Below the pieces are notes generated by a model that had not been told where the DNA came from, ran no database searches, and saw only the letters and a program-made list of their open reading frames with translations. A stretch of DNA of 64,000 nt, taken from positions 1,167,933 to 1,231,932 of the forward strand of contig OZ241964.1 of assembly GCA_965204035.1 (NCBI GenBank), given 5' to 3'. Origin of the DNA: Thermodesulfobacteriota bacterium (lineage in GTDB: Bacteria > Desulfobacterota_D > UBA1144 > Nemesobacterales > Nemesobacteraceae). Positions 14,354 through 22,791 of the stretch are shown piece after piece (within the stretch, counting starts at the first letter, position 1; every line of letters starts with the position of its first letter). A program made the position numbers and the translations under genes.

Positions 14354-15477
14354 ACGTTACTCCCCACCGGCGAAAGCCTTCTGATTTCGCGAATGCCGCT
14401 CGGGGTAAGCCGCCAGTTCTCTTCCCCCGCTCTCTCCACGTATCCCGCCGCCTGCAGCTGCAAAAGACTTTTTCTCACGTTAAACCCCTTCCCGCTTCCA
14501 AGCGCAAGCAGCTTCTCGGAATGCGCGTAGCCGGGGTCGTTATGCTCAAGGGCCAGATCGTGCAAGGCTTTTAGGACGTAATCCCTTTTTATCTCCCTTC
14601 TGCTCCTTGCGTCCTTGAATCTCAGGGTGAAAAATCCGTTCGACGAGAAAAGAATCGAGAAAAAAGCGATAACGCTCACGCAGACTATAACCGCGGGTCC
14701 CGTCGGCACGTTCTCAAGCCCTGCACTCAGCGCAACACCGGTTACGCCGGAGACAGCCGCTACCGAGGCTGAAAGAATCACCATCGAGCCCATACTGCCG
14801 GTCCACTGTCTGGCCGCAACCGCGGGAGCGATGAGCATTGAACTCATAAGCACGACCCCTACTGTCTGCAGCCCGATCACTATCGCCGAAACTATGACGG
14901 CCGTGACGAGCAGGTCAAGAGACTTCATGGAAAAGCCCATAGTGCCTCCGAAATCCGGGTCGAAGCAAAGAAGCTTGAACTCTTTCCAGAAAAGTCCCAC
15001 GACCAGAAGGGCGAAAAGCCCCGTAAGACCTATAACAAGGACGTCTTTTTCGACAAGGGCCTCCGCCTGACCGAAAAGGAACTTGTCAAGCCCCGCCTGG
15101 TTGGCATCCGGCATTTTCTGCGCGTAGGTAAGAAGAACGAGCCCAAGCCCGAAAAAAACAGAAAGGGCCATCCCCATCGCGCTGTCGGTCTTTATCCTTG
15201 AGTTGCTCGTAATCAGGTTGATCAGGAAAACCGCCAGGACGGCTGAGAGCGCAGCCCCGATAAAGATCGGCAGCTGTTCCTTGACTCCCATTATTATGAA
15301 GGCAAGCACTATTCCGGGAAGGGCCGCGTGCGACATGACGTCGCCCACGAGACTTTGCTTTCTGAGCACCGCGTAAGAGCCAACCACGCCGCTTACAATC
15401 CCAAGAGAAGCCGCTCCCAGGAGAATGGTCCTGGCCGTGTAGTCAGAGAAAAGCTCAACCGCGAATTCGAGCATCAC
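14350..15477 (-). CDS. Metal ABC transporter permease (ABC-3 family) with a C-terminal DtxR-like winged-helix extension
   Basis: ABC-3 permease core. The C-terminal about 95 aa (…LQLQAAGYVERAGEENWRLTPSGIREIRRL) align with the HTH region of the standalone DtxR at 17245..17904 (KLSEKKLITHKRYQGVKLTPSGRKIA). Confidence 0.85.
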   Translation of the reverse strand: MMLEFAVELFSDYTARTILLGAASLGIVSGVVGSYAVLRKQSLVGDVMSHAALPGIVLAFIIMGVKEQLPIFIGAALSAVLAVFLINLITSNSRIKTDSAMGMALSVFFGLGLVLLTYAQKMPDANQAGLDKFLFGQAEALVEKDVLVIGLTGLFALLVVGLFWKEFKLLCFDPDFGGTMGFSMKSLDLLVTAVIVSAIVIGLQTVGVVLMSSMLIAPAVAARQWTGSMGSMVILSASVAAVSGVTGVALSAGLENVPTGPAVIVCVSVIAFFSILFSSNGFFTLRFKDARSRREIKRDYVLKALHDLALEHNDPGYAHSEKLLALGSGKGFNVRKSLLQLQAAGYVERAGEENWRLTPSGIREIRRLSPVGSNV

Positions 15478-16250
15478 ACTGCCCTTCTGGCCGATTTCCT
15501 TTCGGGGAAAAAGGAGGTCTTGCCTCCGTAAGCCTTCATGAGGTTCTCGGAATTAAACACCTCATCCACCCTCCCCGAGGCCACAAGCCCCACATTCAGA
15601 ATGGCGATCCGCTCGTAGTACTCGGAAACGGTGTTAAGGTCGTGATGAACCGCGAGCACGGTCTTTCCCCAGGCGGCGAGTTCCTTCAGTATCCTGACTA
15701 TCGCTTTTTCAGTCGTGGCGTCAACGCCCTGGAAGGGTTCATCCAGAAGATAAACCGACGCACTCTGGACAAGAGCTCTCGCGAGAAAGACTCTCTGCTG
15801 CTGTCCTCCGGAGAGCTGGCTTATCTGCCTCTGGGCAAACTCAAGCATATCGACTTTCTCAAGAGCGCCGAGCGCCTTTTCATGTTCCCGTTTTCCGGGA
15901 CGCCTTATCCAGCCCAGATCTCCGTAACTCCCCATCTTCACCGTATCCACTACGGAGGTGGGAAAATCCCAGTCCACAGAACCTCTCTGGGGAACGTAAC
16001 TCACTTCCTTTCTTTGTCTCTCGTAAGGTTTGCCGTGGATTGAGACGACCCCCGCGACGCGCGGAACAAGTCCCTGGATGGATTTTATCAGCGTTGTCTT
16101 GCCGGCGCCGTTTGGTCCAACGACGGCGACCATCGACCCGCTCGGAATCTCAAGATCTATATCCCAGAGAACGGTCTTGTCGCCGTAAGCGACGGTAAGG
16201 TCCGTCACACGGACAGCCGGAACGGCCGGATTCTGCTCTCCGCTGCTCAT
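15474..16250 (-). CDS. Metal ABC transporter ATP-binding protein (MntA/ZnuC/TroB-like)
   Basis: Walker A GPNGAGKTT, ABC signature LSGGQQQRV, Walker B LLDEP. Overlaps its neighbours by 1-4 nt. Confidence 0.9.
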   Translation of the reverse strand: MSSGEQNPAVPAVRVTDLTVAYGDKTVLWDIDLEIPSGSMVAVVGPNGAGKTTLIKSIQGLVPRVAGVVSIHGKPYERQRKEVSYVPQRGSVDWDFPTSVVDTVKMGSYGDLGWIRRPGKREHEKALGALEKVDMLEFAQRQISQLSGGQQQRVFLARALVQSASVYLLDEPFQGVDATTEKAIVRILKELAAWGKTVLAVHHDLNTVSEYYERIAILNVGLVASGRVDEVFNSENLMKAYGGKTSFFPERKSARRAV

Positions 16251-17233
16251 TACCCGTCTCCGGCGGCTTCGGCTTTGGAGTCAGCAACCTCGATGCTGCG
16301 GACAAGAGACTCAACGATAGTGTCCACATTGCTTCTGAACATCCCTATGTAGCTGCCCTCTTCCGTTCCCGGGCTGCCCATTGAATCCGAGTAAAGGCTG
16401 CCGCCTATCCGGACATCAAAACCTCTTGCCTTCACCGAGGCCCGGAGGGCGCGCATGTATCTGGGGGAAATGGATGTTTCGACAAAAACTGCCGGAATTC
16501 TCCGCTCGGTGATCACCCTTGAGAGATTCTGTATATCCGCGACGCTCGCTTCGGAATCGGTACTTATTCCCTGAAGCCCCATTACCTCAAACCCGTAACC
16601 TCTTCCGAAGTAGTTAAACGCGTCGTGGGCCGTTATAAGCACCCTTCTTTCGTGGCTCACCGAGGCTATCTTCTTTCGTATGTAAGACTGCAAAAGGCTA
16701 AGTTCCTTGAGATAGGATTCGGCGTTCTGCCTGTAGATACCGGCGTTTTGCGGGTCGTAGAGCGAGAAGGCCTCCATGACAACCCTGGCCGCTTTTTTCC
16801 AGAGAGTGACGTCAAACCAGATATGCGGGTCGTAGTATCCTTCATATTCCTCGGGAGAAAGAAGCAGGGACTTGTCGATTCCCTCCGCGACGCCCACGGT
16901 GAATACCCCGCTTTTTTTCATCTGCGCAAGAACATCCGTAATCTTTCCCTCAAGGTGAAGTCCGTTATAAAAAATCATGTCGGCTCCGGCAAGCCTCTCC
17001 ACGTCCCCGGCACTTGCCTTGTAAAGATGCGGGTCAACCCCGGTTCCCATGAGGGAGATGACCTCCGCTTTTTCCCCGGCGACGTTCCTCACGAGATCTC
17101 CGATCAAGGCGGTGGTCGTAACCACTTTTATCGTGCCTTCCCTTTTTACGCTTCCGCTGCTTTCAGCGCAGGACGCGCAGAGCACCAGCAGCGCAGAAAG
17201 CAGAAAGAACCTTATGCCCGTTATCGTTTTCAT
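16250..17233 (-). CDS. Metal ABC transporter substrate-binding lipoprotein (cluster A-I, TroA/MntC/ZnuA family)
   Basis: Signal peptide plus lipobox (LCASC). SBP_bac_9-like sequence with conserved His/Asp metal ligands. Confidence 0.9.
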   Translation of the reverse strand: MKTITGIRFFLLSALLVLCASCAESSGSVKREGTIKVVTTTALIGDLVRNVAGEKAEVISLMGTGVDPHLYKASAGDVERLAGADMIFYNGLHLEGKITDVLAQMKKSGVFTVGVAEGIDKSLLLSPEEYEGYYDPHIWFDVTLWKKAARVVMEAFSLYDPQNAGIYRQNAESYLKELSLLQSYIRKKIASVSHERRVLITAHDAFNYFGRGYGFEVMGLQGISTDSEASVADIQNLSRVITERRIPAVFVETSISPRYMRALRASVKARGFDVRIGGSLYSDSMGSPGTEEGSYIGMFRSNVDTIVESLVRSIEVADSKAEAAGDG

Positions 17234-17244
17234 TTTTTCCTCTC

Positions 17245-17904
17245 TCAGTTGTTCGCTTTCTCAACCAGTATGTACTTGGCGGCGTTTCGCCCTATGGGGT
17301 GTTCCTTCCCGGTCAGCTCGATGATTATGGGACCCTTAAAAGGCTGCTTCGAGATAACCGTCATCTCGGTCTCGGGGTAAAGACCTATCCCGCCCAGATA
17401 ACGAAGCAGTTCCGGGTCATGATCGCTCACCTCAACCACTCTCACCAAGGTGTCGGGCTCCACATCCACAAGGGCGTCGCACTCCCTCACAATCATGGTG
17501 CCGTCCCGGCGCGGAATCGGCGAACCGTGCGGGTCGGTCACCGGATAACCCAGAAACTTGTCAATCCTGTCTTCAAGATCTTCTGAGAGCACGTGTTCCC
17601 ATTTCTCGGCCTCCTGGTGCACCTGGTCCCAGGGAACGCCGAGCGCCTCCTTGAGATAAAGCTCGATAAGCCGGTGATGTCTGATTATCTCAAGAGCTAT
17701 CTTCCTGCCAGAGGGAGTAAGCTTCACCCCCTGGTAGCGCTTGTGGGTTATGAGCTTTTTCTCCGAGAGCTTCTTCATCATGCTCGTCACCGAAGCCGGA
17801 GACACGCCCAGTTTTTCCGAAAGCGCGCTGGTCGAAACCTTTCCTTCGGAGGCCTCAACCTCGTAAATGGTCTTCAGGTAATCCTCTATTGATTGTGAAA
17901 GCAT
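17245..17904 (-). CDS. DtxR/MntR-family metal-dependent transcriptional repressor with C-terminal FeoA/SH3-like domain
   Basis: N-terminal wHTH (MLSQSIEDYLKTIYE...), metal-binding and dimerisation region, C-terminal SH3-like domain. First gene of the transporter operon. The ORF track extends further N-terminally to 18015. Confidence 0.9.
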   Translation of the reverse strand: MLSQSIEDYLKTIYEVEASEGKVSTSALSEKLGVSPASVTSMMKKLSEKKLITHKRYQGVKLTPSGRKIALEIIRHHRLIELYLKEALGVPWDQVHQEAEKWEHVLSEDLEDRIDKFLGYPVTDPHGSPIPRRDGTMIVRECDALVDVEPDTLVRVVEVSDHDPELLRYLGGIGLYPETEMTVISKQPFKGPIIIELTGKEHPIGRNAAKYILVEKANN

Positions 17905-17960
17905 CTTTTCTCTCTTTATCTCAGCGAAAACCGCCTGAGATTCAGACAGGCAAAAAAATA

Positions 17961-17977
17961 TTTTAGCCTTATCTAAA
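17961..17977. promoter_or_regulatory. Candidate metalloregulator operator: partial palindrome TTTTAGCCTTATCTAAA in the divergent dtxR / cyclotransferase promoter region
   Basis: TTTAG/CTAAA inverted repeat in an AT-rich intergenic region directly upstream of the dtxR-family gene. It resembles DtxR/MntR box half-sites. A separate GCCTG..CAGGC hairpin lies at 17933-17951. Confidence 0.3.
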
Positions 17978-18064
17978 TTTGTTTTTAATTCTAGCAAAAA
18001 CAAAACCGCTGTCAAGAAAAAACCGGGGTTTCTAAAGAGATATTTATGGCTTAGAATAAGCCCT

Positions 18065-18880
18065 ATGCGGAAGCAGTGTCATAAAAGAGTAAATCCCCTT
18101 GCGGTCACGGCAGGTCTTGTGTGCCTTTTTCTCCTTGTTTTTTCCTCATGTTTCACGACGGAAAACAAGGGGTATTATCCCGGCGGGACCACCTTCAGCG
18201 TGCTCTACTCTTTCCCCCACGACCTGACCGCTTTCACTCAGGGATTTGTCTACAGAGACGGTTTCCTTTATGAAAGTACCGGGCTTCACGGGAACTCGTC
18301 TCTTAGAAAAATCAACCCGGTCACGGGACAGGTACTTGCCAGGGTAGACCTTCCCGCGAGGTTTTTCGGCGAAGGTCTTACCATTATAGGCGACAGCATA
18401 TACCAGCTCACCTGGAGATCCAGGCAGGGTTTCATATACGACAAGGAGAGCCTGCGGCAGAAAGGGTCGTTTACCTATTTAACCGAAGGCTGGGGACTTA
18501 CCGACGACGGAACTCAACTCATAATGAGCGACGGAACCGAAAAACTGTATTTTCTTTCCCCCACGAACTTCGGGATAACGAGAATCTTAAGCGTAAAGGA
18601 GAATGGATCGGCGGTTACTATGCTTAACGAGCTTGAATACGTGGAGGGAAAAATCTACTGCAACATATGGCAGTCGGACGACATAGTGGTTGTAGATTCC
18701 TACAGCGGCATGGTGGAGAGACGGATAAACCTGGGGGAACTCAGGGAAAGGCTGAGTTTTCCGGACAGAGCGGGAGTGCTGAACGGAATTGCCTGGAAAT
18801 CCTCCTCCCGCACTTTCCTCATCACCGGAAAGAACTGGTCCGAGGTTTTCGAGATAAGATTCGGTTTCAACTACCCTTGA
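18065..18880 (+). CDS. Glutamine (glutaminyl-peptide) cyclotransferase family beta-propeller protein, lipoprotein
   Basis: Signal/lipobox (VFSSC). Sequence pattern of the plant/bacterial-type glutamine cyclotransferase family (YPHDLTAFTQGFVY..., GLTDDG, GIAW). Confidence 0.7.
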   Translation: MRKQCHKRVNPLAVTAGLVCLFLLVFSSCFTTENKGYYPGGTTFSVLYSFPHDLTAFTQGFVYRDGFLYESTGLHGNSSLRKINPVTGQVLARVDLPARFFGEGLTIIGDSIYQLTWRSRQGFIYDKESLRQKGSFTYLTEGWGLTDDGTQLIMSDGTEKLYFLSPTNFGITRILSVKENGSAVTMLNELEYVEGKIYCNIWQSDDIVVVDSYSGMVERRINLGELRERLSFPDRAGVLNGIAWKSSSRTFLITGKNWSEVFEIRFGFNYP

Positions 18881-18919
18881 AGCGGGAACCCAAGCGGGTA
18901 GACTCATTTTCCCTTCTGT

Positions 18920-18993
18920 GTCCCCGTAGCTCAGTTGGATAGAGCGCAGGATTCCTAATCCTGAGGCCGCAGGTTCGAATCCTGCCGGGGACG
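18920..18993 (+). tRNA. tRNA-Arg (anticodon CCT)
   Basis: Hand-folded cloverleaf: acceptor GTCCCCG/CGGGGAC, D-arm GCTC-AGTTGGATA-GAGC, anticodon stem CAGGA/TCCTG with loop TTCCTAA, T-arm GCAGG-TTCGAAT-CCTGC, discriminator G. CCA is not encoded. Confidence 0.9.
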
Positions 18994-19008
18994 CGCCAGC
19001 AAGAAACC

Positions 19009-19701
19009 CTACGAAAAAAGCTGCCTGAATATCATCCAGATGATCTTCACCCCGGCCATAAAACTTCCCGTGATTGTTCCGGTTATCTTTGAAGTCCCCA
19101 TTCTCTTTCTGTAACTCACCGGAACCTCGGCGCAGCGGAGTCCTTTCTTCGCGGCCTTTATCTGCATCTCAACCGTCCATCCGAAAGTCCTGTCTCTCAT
19201 GCCGAGAGAAAGGAGCTTGTCGTATCTTATTGCCCTGAAGGGACCAAGGTCGGTAAAGCTCACCCCGTAAAACAGTTTTATAAGCCTGGTAGCCACGTAG
19301 TTGCCGACAAGGGCCTGGGGCAAAAGCGCGCCTTTCTGTCTTTCGCCGATGGTTCTTGACCCTATGACGAGGTCGTATCCGTCCTCGGTTATCGGTGAGA
19401 TAAGGTCTTTCATTTCTCCTGGATAATCAGAATAGTCTCCATCCAGAAATACCATGATATCAGGCACATATGAAGAACTCTTAATGTAACTTATCCCCGC
19501 AAGGCAAGCCTGTCCGTACCCCATCCTCCCCTCGTCTATGACCGTGGCTCCAGAGTCCGAGGCAACCTGCGCGGTGGAGTCGGTCGAGCCGTTGTCGACA
19601 ACCACTATCTCCGTTGCGAGGTCCCGGGGAATATCCCCGATCACCTGCCCTATGGAGCGCTCTTCGTTAAGCGCCGGGATGATTACGACCGTTTTTTTCA
19701 T
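19009..19701 (-). CDS. GT2-family glycosyltransferase (polyprenol-phosphate/dolichol-phosphate mannosyl- or glucosyltransferase-like)
   Basis: N-terminal GT-A motifs: IIPALNEE, VVVDNGSTD and the DxD motif FLDGDYSD. Confidence 0.85.
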   Translation of the reverse strand: MKKTVVIIPALNEERSIGQVIGDIPRDLATEIVVVDNGSTDSTAQVASDSGATVIDEGRMGYGQACLAGISYIKSSSYVPDIMVFLDGDYSDYPGEMKDLISPITEDGYDLVIGSRTIGERQKGALLPQALVGNYVATRLIKLFYGVSFTDLGPFRAIRYDKLLSLGMRDRTFGWTVEMQIKAAKKGLRCAEVPVSYRKRMGTSKITGTITGSFMAGVKIIWMIFRQLFS

Positions 19702-19707
19702 GGGATT

Positions 19708-22700
19708 TTATATGGAGACAAGCTCAACCTGCGGGATAAGAACTATGTGGCGCGAGAGCAGGGGTTTTTCGAATCTTGAGAGTATCGCCTCGCAGTAACC
19801 GTCCATCTGCTCTTCGTAGTCCCTGCTGGCGTCGTCATTCATCGATTTTCTGTACTTGTAGTCAAAAAGTCGCATTCCCCCATCCTCTTCCGTCAGAAGA
19901 TCTATCCTGCCTCGTTTCGGAGAACCCCTGCCGGGACCGAGGGTAAATTTAAGCTCCTTTCTGATTTCCTGAGCCGCGCTTATAAAGGAGAAGAGCTCGG
20001 ATTCCAGGAAATTCGATGAAAGCTCCAGAAGCAGTTCTTTCATATTAGGGCTTGAGACGAGGAATTCCCCCAGAACAAATTCAATCTCTTTCTCGACGGT
20101 TTCCTCCCTGAAATCCCAGGTCTCAAGGAACCTGTGCATTATGCTCCCCGCCCTCTCCGGGTCTTTCAGGCGGTCGGTCGGGGAGAACAGGTCGGGAAGC
20201 TGGGAGGGTTCCACCCGTTTCGGCTTATCCTCCTTGCCGTATATAGGTTCCATGTACTTAAGATCCAGAGGAATTCCCGACTCCAGAGAAGAAGCATCCC
20301 ATATGGAGTCAGGTTCTTCTGAAAGTTCATCTCCATAGAGTCCCGAGAAAGAGATTCCCCATGTGTCGTCCGTAAACCCTTGCGGCATCTCAAGACATCG
20401 TGAAGACAGGGACAGCTTTGAATCGGCAAGTTCCGCGAAGCTGTCTCTTTGCACCCGCATCTGCCTTACTCTACCCCTGCTGCCGCCGCTTAAGCATATG
20501 AAAAGCCCTTTCTTGGCCCGTGTCATGGCCACATAGAGGGCTCTTTTCTCCTCCTCGGCTTCTTTCGCTTCGGCGCGGGATTTAAGGTGCTGCCAGCTGT
20601 CCGATGAGAATGCCGGGTACCTTACTATGAATCCTCCTCCTTCGGTATCCGCCATTACCCTCTCGGACGTAACTACCCTCTGGTAGTTCGTGTGGCAGAG
20701 AAAAACCGTGTCAAACTCAAGCCCTTTGGCCTTATGCACCGTCATGAGTTTTACAACTCCGCCGTCGTTTACTTCCTCAAACGCCCGTTCTTCCTGCGAA
20801 CCGCGAAGCGAATCAAAATGCTCCACCACCTGGTAAAGTCCGTATCCTTGCTGTGAAATAAGATCTTCTGCCTTAAGAAGGAATTTCCTGAGGTTAAGAC
20901 GCTTTATCTCACCACCGGGAAGCGCCCGCACCGCGGAGGAATAACCAAGTCCGTTTACAATGAAATCAACCGTGCTGAAAGTGTCTCCGTTAATGTATTC
21001 CTTTCTTTTGAGATCGAGAAATCGCAGATATTCCCGGATCCTTACGGCGTTTCTATCCTCATTCTCTCCCCGGAAATGGGAGAAAAGCTCGTCATCCGAC
21101 GCCCCGAAGTAGGGAGACCTGAGCACGGCCGCCTCCGCGATCAAGTCAAGGGGATCAAGAAAATACCTGAGCATGGACATAACGTCCCTTACTTCAGGGA
21201 GGTCGTAGAAATCGCGTCCCATAAGGGACTGGAACCTTATTCCCTCTTCCGTCAGGGCGTTTTCATATATAACCACGTTCGAAGACCTTCTGAACAGAAG
21301 GGCGATCTCTTCTCTGGATCTCTTTTGGAGTTCTTTTATTTTTAAGGCTGCGGCTTTGGCTTCCGCTTCTGCGGATTCCTTGGCGTTTTTACCTTCGCAG
21401 GCAATGATTTCCACGGATATACCAGGGTCGGGATCGGAGGAGGAAGCTTCCATCGTTTCGTAATATTTTTCGGAAAAGGTCCCAGCGAAAAAGAGATTGA
21501 AAAACTGTATGAGGCTTCCGCGGGAGCGGTAATTGGTCGCGAAGGATATCTTCTCGAAATTCTCATCTTCAAGTATGTTCCCGAATATCTCGGGCTGGGC
21601 ACCCCTGAAACCGTAGACGGACTGGTTAACATCGCCCACCACGATAAGACTGCCGGCCGGGTCTCCCTCCGTAAGAAGTTCCATAAGCTCCAGCTGAAGA
21701 GAGTCGGTATCCTGGAACTCATCAACTATAATAAACTTTAAAAAGCTTCTGTAATAGCCTAGTATTTCAGGATTTTCTCTGAGAAGATCGATTGTGAAGC
21801 GTATCATGTCCTCATACTCTATTTTCTCCTCGGAGATTTTCGTCTCCACGAGAAAATCATACGCCTCGCCCGATAAATCAAGGTAAAGAGAATTGATCTC
21901 AGAGTCATAACGCTCAACCACCGAGAACACGCACCTCAGAAGCACCTGCCTCGATGTCTCGACTTCAGGAGTTTTTCTCTCATCCTTTATCTGTTCGTAA
22001 ACCGCCTGCAGGTGGCGGATGTTGCGGTCAATACCCAGAGTCATATCTGTTTTTTCGCCGAGGTCGCTCAGGATAAGTTTTTTCTTCCTGGAGCCGGCAG
22101 GAAGGATGGCGGCATGCTTCTCAATCAGCCGACGAAGCTTCCCGCCGATTGCTTCGAGTTCATCGGCAGAAACTTCCCCGTGGCGCGCACCGCCTCCGTA
22201 ATGGAGAAAAGGAGGAACCAGGTGCAGTTTCGCCGCTTCTTGCAGTATCATCCCTATTATCTTTACGGTCTCGGCGTAATCATAGGATTCCATCTCAAGC
22301 AGCCTCTCAAGGCGGGGGTCGCCCTCTTCTCTCCTCGTCCGAAGGAATTTCCCGATATTGCGTTCGAAAAAGGCCTGCTGGTCCGAATCTTCAATCACGG
22401 AAAAACTGAATGGAAGTCTGGAATCGAAGATATTCTCCTTAAGTATTTTCGTACAGAAGCCGTGAATCGTCGCTATGGGGGCGGAAAAGAACTTCCTGCG
22501 CCATCCCTCGGTCATGTTTCCCTCGGGTCCGTAGGTGGAGATATACCTTGTGATTTCAGAGCTTATCCTCGATTTGAGTTCCGCCGCGGCCGCTTCCGTA
22601 AAGGTAACGGCCACGATCTGAGGAATATCCGCTTCTCCGCTTTCGAGAATACGAAGATACTTGGCTATGATGGCCCTGGTCTTTCCCGACCCCGCTCCCG

Positions 22701-22782
22701 CCCTGACAGCGACTTTGCCCGCGGGGTGAAGTATCCGGGACTGCTCTTCGTTTAGTTCTAGAAATTCGGAAATCCTGTCCAT
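19708..22782 (-). CDS. addA: ATP-dependent helicase/nuclease subunit A (AddA/RexA; UvrD-like SF1 helicase plus C-terminal PD-(D/E)xK nuclease)
   Basis: Walker A GAGSGKT, UvrD helicase motifs, and a C-terminal nuclease motif (...IDLLTEEDGGMRLFDYKY). Confidence 0.9.
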   Translation of the reverse strand: MDRISEFLELNEEQSRILHPAGKVAVRAGAGSGKTRAIIAKYLRILESGEADIPQIVAVTFTEAAAAELKSRISSEITRYISTYGPEGNMTEGWRRKFFSAPIATIHGFCTKILKENIFDSRLPFSFSVIEDSDQQAFFERNIGKFLRTRREEGDPRLERLLEMESYDYAETVKIIGMILQEAAKLHLVPPFLHYGGGARHGEVSADELEAIGGKLRRLIEKHAAILPAGSRKKKLILSDLGEKTDMTLGIDRNIRHLQAVYEQIKDERKTPEVETSRQVLLRCVFSVVERYDSEINSLYLDLSGEAYDFLVETKISEEKIEYEDMIRFTIDLLRENPEILGYYRSFLKFIIVDEFQDTDSLQLELMELLTEGDPAGSLIVVGDVNQSVYGFRGAQPEIFGNILEDENFEKISFATNYRSRGSLIQFFNLFFAGTFSEKYYETMEASSSDPDPGISVEIIACEGKNAKESAEAEAKAAALKIKELQKRSREEIALLFRRSSNVVIYENALTEEGIRFQSLMGRDFYDLPEVRDVMSMLRYFLDPLDLIAEAAVLRSPYFGASDDELFSHFRGENEDRNAVRIREYLRFLDLKRKEYINGDTFSTVDFIVNGLGYSSAVRALPGGEIKRLNLRKFLLKAEDLISQQGYGLYQVVEHFDSLRGSQEERAFEEVNDGGVVKLMTVHKAKGLEFDTVFLCHTNYQRVVTSERVMADTEGGGFIVRYPAFSSDSWQHLKSRAEAKEAEEEKRALYVAMTRAKKGLFICLSGGSRGRVRQMRVQRDSFAELADSKLSLSSRCLEMPQGFTDDTWGISFSGLYGDELSEEPDSIWDASSLESGIPLDLKYMEPIYGKEDKPKRVEPSQLPDLFSPTDRLKDPERAGSIMHRFLETWDFREETVEKEIEFVLGEFLVSSPNMKELLLELSSNFLESELFSFISAAQEIRKELKFTLGPGRGSPKRGRIDLLTEEDGGMRLFDYKYRKSMNDDASRDYEEQMDGYCEAILSRFEKPLLSRHIVLIPQVELVSI

Positions 22783-22791
22783 AGTCTGTCC

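Noticed and set aside
16625-17380. 251-aa plus-strand ORF across the substrate-binding protein and dtxR genes
   Set aside because: Antisense to two well-supported genes. Low-complexity sequence.
18920-18993. tRNA-Arg as an integration site for an island
   Set aside because: No integrase gene, no direct repeat of the tRNA 3' end, and no compositional anomaly were seen next to it. The flanking genes (glutamine cyclotransferase, GT2 glycosyltransferase) look native.
22012-22755. 247-aa plus-strand ORF inside addA
   Set aside because: Shadow ORF opposite a well-supported helicase gene.
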